Origin: Camelus ferus
Taxonomy: Eukaryota
Assembly (NCBI RefSeq): GCF_009834535.1
Contig: NC_045705.1
Location: 71,796,001 to 71,860,000 of the forward strand
Direction: 5' to 3'
DNA: 64,000 nucleotides
Positions 42,531-63,274 of the stretch are shown piece by piece. The number at the start of each line of letters is the position of its first letter. Positions within the stretch are counted from its first letter, which is position 1. The notes under the pieces are model-generated. The model was not told where the DNA came from. It searched no databases and worked only from the letters and a program-made list of their open reading frames with translations. Position numbers and translations under genes: made by a program.

Positions 42531-45500
42531 GTGGAGAGACAGGGCTGGGACCTAGGGTCCGACTCTGGGGCCTGTCTCCCTCTTGACGTCTGTAGCTGCC
42601 CAAGTGGGCGAGGCAGGGGACTGCGGGTCATGGGGTCAGTGTGCTGAGCCCCAGGGCCCCGAGCGGTGGGCCCAGAATGAGGGATGGAGGACCCGAGGAA
42701 CGCCCACTCCCTGCGTGGAGAATTCGAGAGTGAGCCTCTGAGAGTGGGGTTCAGTTCTAAAGAGGTAGGCTGGGGGTTTTGGAGCAGGGTAAAGGGTGAG
42801 GAGAGGTAGCATTGGCCTGGCTGTGCCGTGGGGAAGGGGATGCTGAGGACATCCGGTCGGGGCACAGCTCTGAAAAGGCCACTAGGCTCTGTGGGCTGGA
42901 CGAGTGGGCCCTCCAAAGACCCTTCAGAGGACCCTGGGGTGAAGCGGGTGCTGGTGAGAGGGTTCGGGGGCTGGGAGGGCAGAAATGGGGAGACTGCAAC
43001 GTATGACTCTTTACGATGAATGTGTGTTAATTGCTAATTGTGAATAAAGATGAAAGTGACGCTTAGGGACTGAGTCTCTCGGTTAAAATAACTGTAGAAG
43101 AACGCAGATCAAGTCCCTTTAGAAGGAGGCGTCTCTGCTGGGGCCTCAGCTCCCAGGAGCCCTGTGGACTGGGCATGGGCAGAAGAGGACTGGCTACAGC
43201 GCTGGGGATGGGGAGATGGGCAGGATCCAGGAGCGGAGTGTCCTCTGGCAAGGGTAGGGCTGGGTGCTGGCCTGTGCGGAGGAGTCCGGCTACACCCACC
43301 CTCCTGCTGACCCTGGCTGTAGCCCCACCTCGGTGGCTCCGCTCATGTGTGTGGGGGGTGGCAGCTCAGTCCCTGGTGGTTCAGTGAGTGGATGAATTGA
43401 GTGTTAGAGAACCTCACATTTGGGTTTGCCTTCGGGCTGGGGAGAGAGCCCGCCTCAGGGGGTGACGGGCCAGTGGGCTAGGGTTGCTAACCCCAGGGAT
43501 GTGAGAGGAGACCCTGGGTGAGGTGGGGTAAGAGGCTGCTCCTCAGGGCAGTCTGGGCCGGGAGTGGGGCTGTGGCGCCCTGCACCCACTGGGGACGCGC
43601 TCTCCTTGCAGGTGTGTCGGCCCAGTCTTTCCTCCACTGCTTCACTCTGGCCAGCGGTGCCTTCAACCTGCAGGTGGCCACCCCCGGGGTAAGTCCAGCC
43701 ACCCTCTTAGAGTGGTCGAGCAGGGTCCCTCCCTCTCTGGGGTCTTGGCCAGGAGAGTGCTGTCACTCCCTGGGGGGAGCAGGGAGCCCAAGGCCGGTGT
43801 GAGCCCTTGAGGGCTTGCCACCAAGCACTGTGACCACCCAAGGAGGGAGCCAGCTTGGGCTGAGGGGTACTGTCAAGTTCTGGTCCTCACTTTCTGGGCT
43901 CTGAGATCTTTGATAGTGTGTGTTCGGCATGTCTGCACTCGTGAGTGAGGGTAGCACAGACGGTCCATCAGGAGGACTTCTTGACCCTTGATGGTGTGGG
44001 GCTCGGTCATAGTGGTGACCCTGGATGCTTCCAGTGTCACCTCTGAGGTGGATGGGATACTTGCTGCTGCTTCATAGGCGGGAGACGGAGAACCAGGGGC
44101 AGGTGGTGGGGGCGGCGAGGCCTGGTGAGGGGCAGGGCTGTCCCGAGGGACTTGTCGGCATTTGCTCGGGTCTGTGCTCGCCAGCGTGGGGTGTCTTGTG
44201 CTGACCCTTGGCCTCTGGGCTCCGCAGGGGAAGACCATGGACTTCGTTGATGTGAATGAGAGCAACGCCCGCTGGGTGCAGGACTTCCGCCTTAAGGCCT
44301 ACGCCAGCCCCGCCAAGCTCGAGTCCATCGACGGTGAGCGTTGGGGTGCGTGTGGGGCTCCCACGGGGTTCGTGGCCCCAGAGCACTCTCTCGCTCTGTT
44401 CCTGGAGCACCCAGGGGCTTGCCACCAAGTACTGTGACCTGCCAAGGCAGTGTCCAGTCCTGTAGCCTGTGGCCAGAGTTCCTGAGCTTGGCCTCGGGGA
44501 GAGAGGTGGGGGCATGGAGGTGGCTCATGGCCCTCAGGAACCTTTGCTTATGTGGGGAAAAGTGACAAATGATGACATCTGGCCAGCAGGAGCAGAGAGG
44601 AGCCTGGCTGGTCGCCGTGCAGGACCAGACCCTGGCCGGGGACCTCGCTCTCTGTAACTGACTGGCCTGTGGTCTCCTGCCAGGTGCCCGGTACCATGCC
44701 CTCCTGATTCCCAGCTGTCCTGGGGCCCTGGCTGACCTGGCCAGCAGTGGGTCCCTGGCTCGGATCCTGCAGCATTTCCACGGCGAGAGCAGTAGGTGGC
44801 CCTCGGAGCTGGGCTTGGGGTGGTTCTACAGGTTGATGAAAAAATGGGGCTCCCCCCACAGTAGGGAGGGGCAGGCCACACCAATGAGGGGTGTGGGCAA
44901 TGGTGGCCATGGAGTGTGGGATTCAGGTTTTGGTGCTGGAAGTGCCCTGACGGCAGATGTGAAGAGCCTCTGACCAGTGAGTGGGCAGGTTTACTCTGTG
45001 TGTGCACACACGTGGGCAGGGCATTCCCTCCCCTTGACTTTGTGCCCATCAGGTCGCTGCCCCCGTGGTCCCTCTGCCTGTCTCCCTCAGGGGCTGGTGG
45101 CTGCAGATGCCCCCCCCTTCCCTGGCCCCTCCGAGGTGGGTGGGCAGGATGCTGGCTTTGCTTCTGGTGGGGCTTGGGGTTCAAGCCAGTGGCGGCTGGG
45201 AGAGTCTGCTCTGTGGGGACACCGGGCTGTGCTGGACAAGTCTGTGGGGTGGGGGTGGGTGCTTATTAGGGTTCAGCAGACAGCCAGGGGCTCCACACAG
45301 CGGCCTTTGTTGGTGGGAATGGGGCCTCCTGTCCCCAGCAGGGTCTGGACAGGCGTCAATTGTCCCTGGCCACCTCAGCCGTGGGAATGCTCTGGTGCCA
45401 GGCTGCCTTCTAAGAGGAAGGCTCTGAGCCAGGGTGACTGCTCAGCGGGTGGGGGTATTGCCTCCAGTGGCCGTGAGGGGCAAGACTGGGGCAGGGCGCC

Positions 45501-46955
45501 TTCCCCCAGCACAGAGGCTTCCTTTGCATTCAGAGAAGGAGGAAGGGTCCCAGGTGGGCTGCCACACCGTGACAGTTGGGCCGTTTGACATCCATCCTCA
45601 GGCCACATCTGAGCCTGGGGCCGTGCAGGCGGTGCTGAGGGGAGAGGGTGGGAGCGCTCCAAGTTTGACCAGCGGACCCCAGCACTCACCTTACTCCTTG
45701 CTGTCTGTTTCTAGGTCACCGAAACAGTCCCAGTTCTGAGACGTGTCTGGGGAGTGGAAAGGGAGGGTGGGGGGTGTTGGGAGCTGGGTGGCCTGAGGCC
45801 CAGCGTCACCCCTGCTTTCAGAGCCTATCTGCGCTGTGGGCCACGGCGTCGCCGCACTCTGCTGTGCCACCAACGAGGACAGGTCATGGGTGTTCCAAGG
45901 CTACAGTGTCACGGGGGTGAGTGCACTGCAGGGGCCCTGGCGGTGACAGGCATGGACAGACCTGCCCCTGTGCCTGGAAGCATGAGGACAGGCCAGGGAC
46001 CAGCTGGGGGTCCCTCTGGTGGGGGCACTGCTCATTGCCCAGATGGGGCTGTGGAGAATTCCAGCACAGGGTTGGGGGAGCGGCGAGGAGCAGGGGCCAT
46101 TCCCGCCCTTCTGAGGTGCCTGTTGGGTGTATTACTCCTTTTCTGGGTGGAGGGCCTGACTGGACAGGGAGCAGAGGAAGGGTCCTGGGGGTGGGTCCTG
46201 GGGCAGGATCTGCAGGGAGAGGACCGAGGCTGGCCTAGCCGGTGGTTCTGGAGCAGGGGCTCCCTGTCTGCTTGTGTGGCCCCTGGGGGAGATCACGGCT
46301 GTGACCCCTCACATGGCCCTGTACCCGGTTGGTACTTGCCTGACCTGGGGCAACACCCCTTCCCCCACAGCCCTCCGTGTATGAGCTCATCAGGGCCCCC
46401 GGCTTTGCCCACCTGCCCCTCATTGTGGAGGACTTCGTGAAGGACGCGGGCGCCTGCTTCAGTGGTGAGCTGGGTGGGCACTTAGGGGTGGCGATGGGCA
46501 GGGGCTGCAGCCGCAGCCTGCGATCAGCCCGGCCAGGCCAGCCTTCTGGAGCCGTGTCCAGTGGACCTCAGGGGCCAGCACCCGAGACCAGGCAGGCCGG
46601 CCCACCCCCTGACCACCGGAGTCTACCTGCAGCTCACGGCCTGGGGAGTGGGGTGGGGCCATGCCCAGCACGTGGCACTGCCTGAGGCCTGTGTCCGCGG
46701 GTCTCCTGCAGCCAGTGAGCCTGATGCTGTACACGTTGTGTTGGACCGCCACCTCATCACCGGCCAAAATGCCAGCTCCACTGTCCCGGCCGTGCAGAAC
46801 CTGCTTTTCCTCTGCGGTAGCCGGTGAGGGCTTTGGGCTTGGGGTGGCAGGCGGGTTCCTGGCTTGTGAGCAAGCCCTTTGCTGGGCCAGGTGGGCAGTG
46901 ATGTGCTGGCATTGCTGCCCAAGCCTTGACCTGGCATCCGTCCTACAGGAAGTGA
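41992..46955 (+). CDS. GATD1: Glutamine amidotransferase-like class 1 domain-containing protein 1 (PDDC1, DJ-1/PfpI fold; FERRY complex subunit), 220 aa
   Basis: Exons 41992-42055, 43612-43688, 44228-44333, 44684-44791, 45822-45916, 46371-46464, 46712-46823, 46949-46955 total 663 nt. Reads [18 protein letters not shown]...KPICAVGHG...LLFLCGSRK*. Confidence 0.98.
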
Positions 46956-48579
46956 GGCGGCCGGAGCAGCCTGGCAGCAGGTGCTGCCACCTCCAGGCAT
47001 CCCGGGTGTCCCCAGAGGCAGCTGGACTCTCGGGCCTCCTGGGTCTGCCTCTGTGACACCTCACCTGGCCCTGGGGGTGGAGGCTGAGGACCGTCCCTGA
47101 GGGCTGTCAGCTCTGGGGCGGGCCCAGCCCCGACCCCAGCACCATCTCCTTGGGGAGGAGGTGGAGAGCGCCGAGACTGCCAAATGGTCCTTGAGAATTC
47201 TGTCTTCCACAGAGAGCAAGCTGTGATGCCCAGTGAGTCGGCTGCGGGGCTGTCCTGGCCCCTCCCTGCTCTTGTTCTGCACCCATGTAGGGGAACAGAG
47301 GCTGAGCCCTTCTGGAAGCCAGGATGACGGCTAGCTGGGCAGTGACAGGCAGGGCCCCAGGGTCCCATTTCTGGGGCCTGTATGCGGTCTCCCCATCGCT
47401 TTGGGTGTTGGTGGGGGCTGTGTGGGGAGGGGCCTGCCCGCTGGGGCTGACCCTTACCTGGTGCATGGTTGCCAGTGTGAGGGCGACCCCACGTAAGGCC
47501 TGGGTGGACCTTGGGGTGGACGCTGCGGTGCCACCATGTCCCTTCTGATGTTGAGAGGAACACTTTGATTGTGAATACACTACCCTAGTCCTGCCCAGGG
47601 GCCTCCAGGTGGTGACAGCCCAGCTGGTTCTGCAGCTGCTCTGCCTGGTGGAAGTGAGGGAGGCCCGAGTTCCACTTGGAAGGAAGCCCTGGGTGTGGCT
47701 GGCCGGCGTGGGTTGGCAGGGGTGGTGGACAGTCCTTACCTCGCAGGCCCTGGACTGACCTCTGCTGGGTACGCCAGGTGGCGGTCTGGCTGGCTGGCTC
47801 CTGGTGCAGCCCGATCGCTCTCCAGCTTCCCTGGGGGGGCCTGGCCTGTGGCCCTTAGGCGGGTCCTCCTGGAGCTGCATGTGTCCCCAACCTTTCTCTG
47901 TCACCCTCCTCCTTGTTATCTCAGCCTGACTGACTCTGCTGCTTCCAACCCCTCAGAAGGAAGCAGGGCGCCCCTGGGTCCGAGGCTGCTTCCCTCCTGC
48001 TCCACAGACCAGGCTGAGGTGCTCCCTGCATGCGTGCTCCTCCCTGGCATCTCCCAGAATAACAATTTTGGGGGCCCCGACACCTGCTGGCCTGCTCTGT
48101 GCACACAGTGGGCCTGGCCAGCCCCACCAGGGGTTCAGTCATCCTGTGTCTGCAGTCCTCACATAGTAACGGCTCTGACAGTTTTTTGGGGTGCCCTTAG
48201 GGGCAACATCTGTTATCTTTGAAGAGCTTCTGCTGGGCCAGATCAAGACCCAGGTGGGCCCTGCAGGGGGCCCTCCACAGCCCTGTGCCCTGGGTGGCTG
48301 AGTCCGCCCTCTGTGGCTTGGTCCTGAGTATGCCAGGTCCAGGGACACTGGGGTTGGGGCAGGGGGCAGCCCCTGAAGCTGGGAGGTGGCCGATGGGTGG
48401 GTGTGGATGCCTGGGGTTTCCCCACATGCCCAAGGTGTTTAAAACAGACCCAGAGGTCTACCCAAAGAAAGAAAAACCTACAACACCACAAAAATGGTGT
48501 GTGAATGTCCATGGTGTGATTGGTGACATTAAGTCATAGCTTCCATAAGCAGCATACTTATTAATGGATAATAACCTCT

Positions 48580-48810
48580 GTAAAGGTGGAATGCTGTTTG
48601 GCCGGAAAACAGTGAAGTTCTGACAGCATTGTGATGTATAAGCGAACCTTGAAAACGCTTTGCTAAGTGAAAGAAGCCAGACGGACAGGAAATACCCAGA
48701 AAATTCAAAGTGGGTTGGTCACATATGAGTGCGAACAGAGGCCGATGGACATAATGTCTCCTTTCAGGGGAACAAACATACTCTAAAGCTCAGTGCTGCT
48801 GAGGTTGTAC
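48580..48810 (+). mobile_element. Old L1 3' fragment
   Basis: GAACCTTGAAAACGCTTTGCTAAGTGAAAGAAGCCAGAC is a typical L1M 3' motif. Confidence 0.65.
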
Positions 48811-50026
48811 ACTGAGTGGGTAGGCTGCATCCTGAGGCCTCTGGCCAGGCTGGACTGAGATACCTCTGTCCCCCCCAGGACAGCCCCTTGACTGCTCAGG
48901 GGGAGGGGGCTGGGGTTGCTTGGCCCCCAACTCAGTCAGGCAGCTGAGAGCTGGGAGGGGCCCTGCAGAGGTGAGAAGCCCTGTCCACCACTTGGACCCT
49001 TGGCAGGTCCCTGTGGTTTGATGTCCCGCCCCTACCCAACCCAAGGAGGCCTCTTCAGCACCCTGATGAGCTGGATCAGCCGGTCCTTAGATCTGCCCTG
49101 TCTGCCCAGCATTGCTTTTGCTTTTGGGGAGGGCGGCTGGAGGTGGCTCCAGAACCCCCAACTCCCAGCCCTTCTGCTGCAACCTCCAGCAAATGGGCTT
49201 AGTGAGCTTGGTGCCCCCACAACCCTGCAGGAAACTGGAGAACAAGCGTGTTCTGGCTCCCAGAATGGGAGAGTGGCTGCCAGAGGGAAGTAGGGATTGG
49301 GGGGCACAGGGGCTCCCTGCTGACCCTTAGCTGGAGCAGGGCTGTGTCCAATATACCTGTCCTAACACCTGGCTCCACCACTGGGTCTGGAGGGCCAGCT
49401 GGGCTGCCTCCATACTGGGGGTGGGGTGGGGTGGGGGGTGCTGGCCTGTGGCTCCCATCCTGCTCCTGGGCAGCCTCATCCAGACCCTTGTCCCTGCCTT
49501 GCTGTGTTCAGGAGCAGATGGTGGGGCTCCTGTGTGGACCACCTGTCACCAGCCCCGCAAATGATTCACCACCCCTCACTCTTGATTTGAGGTTTTGAAG
49601 CTGTCGGCCAGTGCACTGTGCCATCCCCACAAGGTGGTGCCACTGTCCCACAAGGAACCCAGGGTGTGTGGGGGGTCCTCCAGGCTGATGCTTCAGCCCC
49701 AGGGTGGTGGGGACAGGAGGCCCTCAAGCAGGGAGTGGGGCTGCTCCTCTCCTGGGTGCCTGCAGCTGCCCGCCCTCTGCCTGCACACCCTACTAGCCTG
49801 GGGGGCCACTGGGGGCTCCAGGCCAATCCCCACCTTCAGTGTCAAGGCTTCCAGGTCACTGCCCAGCAGCAGGCTTGTGATCAAGTGAGGGGCTGTCACT
49901 CCTGAGGGCCTCATGGGGCTTGTAACCCGACCCCACCCCAGTTGGGGCTGCGGTGGCAGCCCAGGGTAGGGTGGTTGGTGTGGAGAGGGGAATGAAGCCC
50001 TGCAGGCAGGAAGGAAAAATGAGAGC

Positions 50027-50032
50027 TTTAAT
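50027..50032 (-). terminator. TALDO1 polyadenylation signal ATTAAA
   Basis: TTTAAT on + about 160 nt past the TALDO1 stop, with a T-rich tract downstream on the minus strand. Confidence 0.7.
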
Positions 50033-50193
50033 GCACCGAGCAGAATTTTACATAAAATCAGAAGTCTGTGATTCATCCCCACTCCAATTAGTAAAAAAGG
50101 CAAGATTCACTACTAGGCGTGTGCAGTCGGACCCCTGGTTCTGAGGAGGTGCTTCTGAGACGGCGCAGGTCTGTGGTCCAGCCTCAGGCGCCG

Positions 50194-57560
<7,367 letters not shown>

Positions 57561-57879
57561 CTCCTCCGGGCCCTGGCTACCTCAGGCGGGCCTGGTGCCT
57601 GGGGAGGGGCTTGGAGGGGCGGTGAGGTGGCTTCATTTTCTCCAGGATGGGTCAGTTGACTCCTTGCCTTGATTCTGGGAATCTGCCCCAGATGAATAGT
57701 ACTATGTTCAGAAATACGAAATAAAATTCACATTTTATGGCAAGACAAGAAAAATTTAAACATAAAAAACGTGTTCTCTGCCACTTGGCCTCCTGTCTCC
57801 CCTCTCTTGTGCATTGTGTATCTGCATTATGCGTCGAGCTCCCCATCAACAGAAATACTGCTTAACCATAAAGAGCAAC

Positions 57880-58579
57880 ATTGTCCCAACACCAACAAGA
57901 CAGCTCCTTGGAGATAACATTCCTGTCGTGAACACAACTCAGCAGTCGGTGTTGCGTGCAGGTTGGTAAAAGCAGGTACAAAAGGCAAAGGGTGAGAACA
58001 GAAAGGAGTGTGTTAGGTCACGCTGCCACAGGCGAGAGGGGCTCATGTGAGCCCCGAGGGCCGGGTGTTGGGGTCTTTTATCAGGTCGGATCACAAGGTA
58101 GCCTGATCGGCTTGTGCACACGTCTCTGATTGGCTGCAGGTGAGGTAAGAAGTTTAGGGTCTATGGCTCTGATAAGGTGGAGGTGTGGGCTGAAACAAGC
58201 CAGCCGGAGCTGTTGTGAGGTTAGGCATGACCTGAGGCTGTCAGTTTGTTGGGGAAACACGCCCAGGAAAGAATGTACTTTATCTGTTCAGGGATTGATC
58301 GCAGGCGGACGTCTGAGAATGGTGTCCTTGGACTTGAAGGATGTTGGCCCCACAATTCCTTCTTGATCTTGTAAGGAGCCAGACCTGGATTGTATAGACT
58401 GTCAACAATGTGTCATTTAACACCCTGCCCTCCACCTCAAAAACTGTGCCTTGACGTCTAATGGGCAGAATGATTCTCGGGGCTTTCTGAGGGGCTGTTC
58501 CCAGGTTATAATCCTCAGTTTGGCTCAAACAACATTTTCTGTTTCTTTCTTAGATCAACTGCTTAGTTTTTCATCGACA
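57880..58579. mobile_element. Probable ERV LTR-derived sequence
   Basis: Ends ...TTTTTCATCGACA (reverse TGTCGATGAAAAA), similar to the TGTCGACC terminus of the solo LTR at 62707. The left boundary is uncertain. Confidence 0.45.
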
Positions 58580-58617
58580 GAAGGTGTCCCGGGCAGTACA
58601 GCATCAGTCGTAGGAAG

Positions 58618-59177
58618 TGTTGCTGAAGGCAAGTTCACGTGCCCCACGAACAGCGAGGCCAGACAAACCGAAAAGCTGGTGTCTGGAGCAGAGAAAGGTT
58701 TACTGCAGCGCCGGGCGAGAACCGGTGTCTTGTGCTCAGAAGCCCAGAACTCCCCCATGGTTTTTAGGGAGAAGTTTTCATAGGTAAAATTGGGGGTGAG
58801 GGAGGCAGGATGTGTGACTTTCTTCTGATTGGTTGATGGTGAGGTAACCAGGTGAAGTTTCCAGAATCTTGTGCTCAGCCAGAAGTTGCCATCCTCCACC
58901 TGGGTGGGGGCCTTAGTTCCTGCAGAAAAACAAGATAATTTTCTGCATGTTCCTTGAAAAGGAGCCAGGACCTGCCCCAGCTGCACTGTAGTTTCTGGGC
59001 TCTTCCTCCCTTGCGTCTGCACTCCCTCCCCCCCTGTGTAGCAATTGGCCAAATCTGCCCTTTGGCACTCTGGAGGGCCAAGAAGGCTGAATGAGGCCTA
59101 CTTCCTGCAAACAGGAAACAGGGGATTAGGAAAGGGTTTGTACTTGGAACTGCCCCATGGGGCTCTGCTCAGTTTCA
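58618..59177 (-). mobile_element. ERV1-type solo LTR
   Basis: TG...CA termini (TGTTGCTG...AGTTTCA) and LTR-like text (GAGAAAGGTTTACTGCAG, CTGATTGGTTGATGGTGAGG). TSD not evident. Confidence 0.6.
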
Positions 59178-59199
59178 CAGAGAAATGTAGAAGCAGGAA

Positions 59200-59590
59200 C
59201 TACACTTCGCAGAAGATATGTGTTAATCAGAGAAATGCATATTAAAACCACAGTCTCCTTTCTCTCACTCAAATGGCAATACCAAGTGCTGGTGAGGTTG
59301 TGGAGAAACTGGAACTCCCACGGCGCTGGAGGGGACACAGCATGACACAAGGTGAACTGCTGGGGAAACGGTTTGGTGTTTTCTCATAATGTCAACCACG
59401 TACTTACCATGTGACCCGGCACTCTCACTCCTGAGAAGAACGCATCCACAAAGATCTGCATGTGGATAATCACAGCAGCGTCACTGATTAAACTTCCCAG
59501 CTGGAAGGGACCCGGATATCCATCAGCAGAAGCGTCATGCAGCAGAGACACCTGTCCAGGAATAGTGATGGACTAGCGATGATACAGGAA
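59200..59590 (+). mobile_element. Old L1 ORF2 3' fragment
   Basis: CAGAGAAATGCATATTAAAACCACAG...CAAGTGCTGGTGAGGTTGTGGAGAAACTGGAAC...ACCATGTGACCCGGCA. Confidence 0.75.
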
Positions 59591-59599
59591 AAATGTAGG

Positions 59600-60129
59600 G
59601 CACGAGAGGATGGCCGTGTCCCAGGTCTTGGACGAGTCCCTGGGACGCACCCCGCCCAGTGAGGGTCCTTGGGTTTGCACAGGAAAGAATTCAAGAGGGA
59701 GCCACAGTTGAGTAAAAGTAGATTTATTTAGAGAGATGAATGGGGAAGGGGTGGGGTAAAGTAGAAATAGATACACACTCCGTAGGCAGAGTGCAGGCCT
59801 TCTGGGAAGCCAGGAACGACCCCAGGCGCAGGGCTGTTAGTCGCCACGTGCTGACAAGTGGGGGGGTTATTCCAGCTACTTTGGGGAGGGGGCAGGGATT
59901 CCCAGGAACGGGGCCACCCCCTCTCCTTCACCTTTCATGGTTAGCCTCGGGTCACTCACCAGGCTAACACGTTACAGTGTGTGTAATGAAGCTCAAGGTC
60001 CAGTGGAGGTCAAATCTCCCTCATCTTGGGCCTCCGGGTCTACTGGGAGTTGACGTTTCCGCCATCTTGGTGCTAATTGCTGTGTCATTCCTTTAATGGC
60101 TGTTCCCCACCCCCTTCCCTCCTGTCTCA
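59600..60129 (-). mobile_element. ERV1-type solo LTR
   Basis: Reverse strand starts TGAGACAGGAGGGAAG. AATAAA on minus at about 59728-59723. AGGAAAGAATTCAAG...AGTAAAAGTAGATTTATT is typical of MER4-group LTRs. Confidence 0.65.
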
Positions 60130-60879
60130 TTTTTTAAAACCTTTTTTTTAATTGAAATCTCCTGTCTCATTGACACCTGCGACAACTCATTTAATTCTCA
60201 CAAGCATTACAGTGAACGAAAGTGAGACAGGAAGGAAGGGGGACAAGGTACAGCTAAAGCCTCAGGGTCACAGAAGGAGCAAGGGGTTGGGGAAAGGGGG
60301 CTGGGAGAAGGCTCTTGGGGGTGCCTGGCTAGCTCTGATCCATCCAGGTGGGCTTCCCGTGGGTCTAGCACCTGACTCGGCCCCTTCCCAGGGTGCCCCT
60401 AAGCCCTGGCCCTGTGGCCCAGGTGGTGGAAGGCAGGGAAGACTCCCTGGGTGCTCTTGCATGGGCTGGAGGAGACTCCTCAGGGGCCTCGGTGCCCTCC
60501 GGGCGTCCCCACCCAGGTCCCCACCCAGTACACTGATCCCTGGGGACAGGTGGAGGGTCGGGTTGGGTCGTGGGCAGGTGGCTGCCCTGAGGAGGTCCAG
60601 CCTCACTGCAGGCCCTGAAAGCGCAGAGCACAGCATCCTCACAGCCGGGGAGGGTGGGCAGGGAGCGCTCCAGGACTCTGTCCCAGCAGCACCAGGACCC
60701 TCCTGTGGACCACGCCAAATAGGAACTCCGTGGGGCAGAGGCCATGGGCCTGCGAGGGGTCAGGGGCATCCGGGGAAGCTTCTTTGAGAAGCTGGCCTTT
60801 AGCAGACACCAGGTTCTGGGGGAGAGCCAGGCAGGGCACTGCAGAAAAGAAACGGCCAGTGCAAAGGCCCTGAGGCAGG

Positions 60880-61260
60880 AGTCACTGCTTGTCATAGGAA
60901 CTGTAAGAAGCTGAGGTCTGGAGGCAACAGGGGACCCCTTGAGATCACCCAGCCCTCTGCAAAGACTTGTTTCAGGAGCCTGGAGGGCTTGGAGCAGAGG
61001 AGGGATGAGATAGGACTTAATTTTAAAGGGTTTCTTTGGGTGCTGTGTGGGGAACAGACTGAGGGGGCGAGGGTGGAGGCAGTGCAGGGCCACTGCTCTC
61101 CCTGGGGCAGGGACAGTGACCAGAGGGCGGCTAGGATGGAGTGGGTGCAGAGTGGACATGAGAGAGGGGCCAAGACAGCCAGCACCTGAATCCCAGGCTG
61201 ATGTGAGGGAGTGCACCGGGTGGGGGGCAGAAGCTTCTGGTTTGGGGTGTCTTGATGCTA
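60880..61260 (-). mobile_element. Degenerate LINE2 fragment
   Basis: GCTGTGTGGGGAACAGACTGAGGGGGCGAGGGTGGAGGCAG resembles antisense L2; heavily diverged. Confidence 0.45.
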
Positions 61261-62189
61261 AAAGCCAAGCTGCAGAGGGTTTAGGGTCTTGAGCTTAGTG
61301 GGTGCTTAGCCTGGAGAAGCACATTTGAGAGGCACTGAACCAGGGCACCTGAAGCCAGGAGGCAGGAGGGACCATCCAGGAGAGAGATGGAGAAGGCCAG
61401 GCCATGCGCAAGGTGGAGCCTGGATCTGGGAGGAGCATCTGGAAAACTAGGTTCCCTGGGGGTGTGGGAGGGGTGCTCCAGGGCCTTGAGGGTGGCCTCC
61501 CGCTGGGACTCTGTGCTAACTTCGCCAGGGACCACCACGGTCAGGGGTGGGAGGAGGAGGTGGGACAAGGGTAGAGTCCTGCTCACTCAAGGCTTTGGGG
61601 CTGTGAAGGGAGCAGAGCTCATAAGGGCTGGGGTGGGGGCACTCATGCAAGGCTGGCCTTTGTCACCAGACAGGGCATCAGGGGTGATGGGAGGGGCGGG
61701 CAGCAGCCTGGGCACCGACGGGCAGGGGCAGAATGCTGGGGACATGTGCGGAGGCTCTGCTGACCACTTCCGTCTTCAGGGATGTTCCAGGAGGCCAGTC
61801 ACCAGCCGAGAGGGCGGGGGTTGGAGGAGGAGGGGCGGGGTTGGGCCAGTGAGATGTGGCGACTGGGCTTGGCAGGTGGGTGCCACCTGTTCCTCCAGCA
61901 ACTCTGGGCGGGGTCAGGAGGGGCAGAAGGTGGATTTGACCTCAGTGGGGCTTAGCCCAGAGAAAAGAAGCTGCTGTGGGTGGAGGAGGGGAGCATGGAC
62001 ACAGGTGAGGCTGAGAAGGGCAGGTCCTGGGGGGGGTGCTGGGTGGAGGGCGTGAAGGTGACGTCACGGCAGGTGAGTCAGGCGAGCACGCAGGGCAGGT
62101 GTGGAAGGCTGGGGCTGCTGGGTTGAGCAATCCCTGCCACTGGCCTTAGTCACAAGGAAGGAAGAGAGTCGTTTCCGTGGGTCAGGAAC

Positions 62190-63274
62190 CCCACGAGCGC
62201 AATGATTTTTTGGATATGACACCAAAAGCACAGGCAATAAATGAAAAATGTGATAAAGGGAGTGACATCAAAATTTTAAACTTTGTATCAAAGGATGCAG
62301 TCTGCGGGATGAAGGGGCAAATCGTCACATCTGATGAGGGTTGGTGTCAGGAGACACAGAGGGCGCCTACGACCCCAGCAGAAAACAAACAACCTGATTC
62401 AAACACGGGCAAGGACCTTTCTCCGAAGAGGACACGCAAATGGCCCATGAGCAAAGATGCCCGAAGTCACCGACCACCAGGGAAATGCAAGTCACAGCCT
62501 CAAGGAGGCACCACTGACCCCCGTGAGGGCGGCTACTCTCAACGTAACGGAAAACACAGGCGTCTGTGAGGGTGTGGGGAAGGGGACCCCCGCCCCTGCC
62601 CTGCTGGTGGGGGATGTTCCCACCGTGGAGGACGGTGTGGAGGGGCCTCAGAAAACAACAAACAGAATTCCCATGTGACCTGGCAACTCCACTTCTGGGA
62701 ACATCCTGTCGACCAAAGCACAAAGCAGGAGGCTACAAATAGGAGAAGACAGTTGATCTGGGGTCTTAAGGACTGTGGTTCAGGAGACACAAATTTGGGT
62801 GAAACAGAAAGAGGGTTCAGGGGAAGAGGAAGAGTCCAGCTTTCAAAGACAAGAGCCGGAGGACGTTGAAGCTGTCCTGCTGAGCCTGGGGACTGACTCT
62901 GACATGAGTCAGGAGGTGCTTGTCCCTAAGGAGTCAGCTGCTGTTTTAGGGTCAGGGTCTGACAAGTGTCTTGACTTTCTGGCAATGTTCCGGATGGCTG
63001 CATTCGGGCAACAAGCCCAAAGGTCAGACTCCATCCAGACTGAGGCGTGCACAGTCCCACCTCCTCAGGGAGCTCCTGGCTTTGCTTTAGAGCTGGCCCT
63101 TAGCAATACCCCTTCCATTTTTATTTTCCTTCCACAATCCCCAAAAGAATCAAAAGCAGGGTCTCGAGGTATTTGCACACCCATGTTCACAGCATCAGTC
63201 ACAACAGCTAAAACATGGAAACCACCACGTGTCCATCGACGGACGACGGACAAACGAGACGTGGTACAACCCTA
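62190..63274 (+). mobile_element. L1 ORF2 C-terminal / 3'UTR fragment interrupted by LTR insertions
   Basis: TTTTTGGATATGACACCAAAAGCACAGGCAATAAATGAAAA...CCACTTCTGGGAACATCC | ATCCCCAAAAGAATCAAAAGCAGGGTCTC...CACCCATGTTCACAGCA. Confidence 0.85.
62707..63136 (-). mobile_element. ERV1-class solo LTR (430 bp) with 4-bp target-site duplication
   Basis: TG...CA termini flanked by ATCC at 62703-62706 and 63137-63140. Reverse strand starts TGTGGAAGGAAAATAAAAA. Confidence 0.85.
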
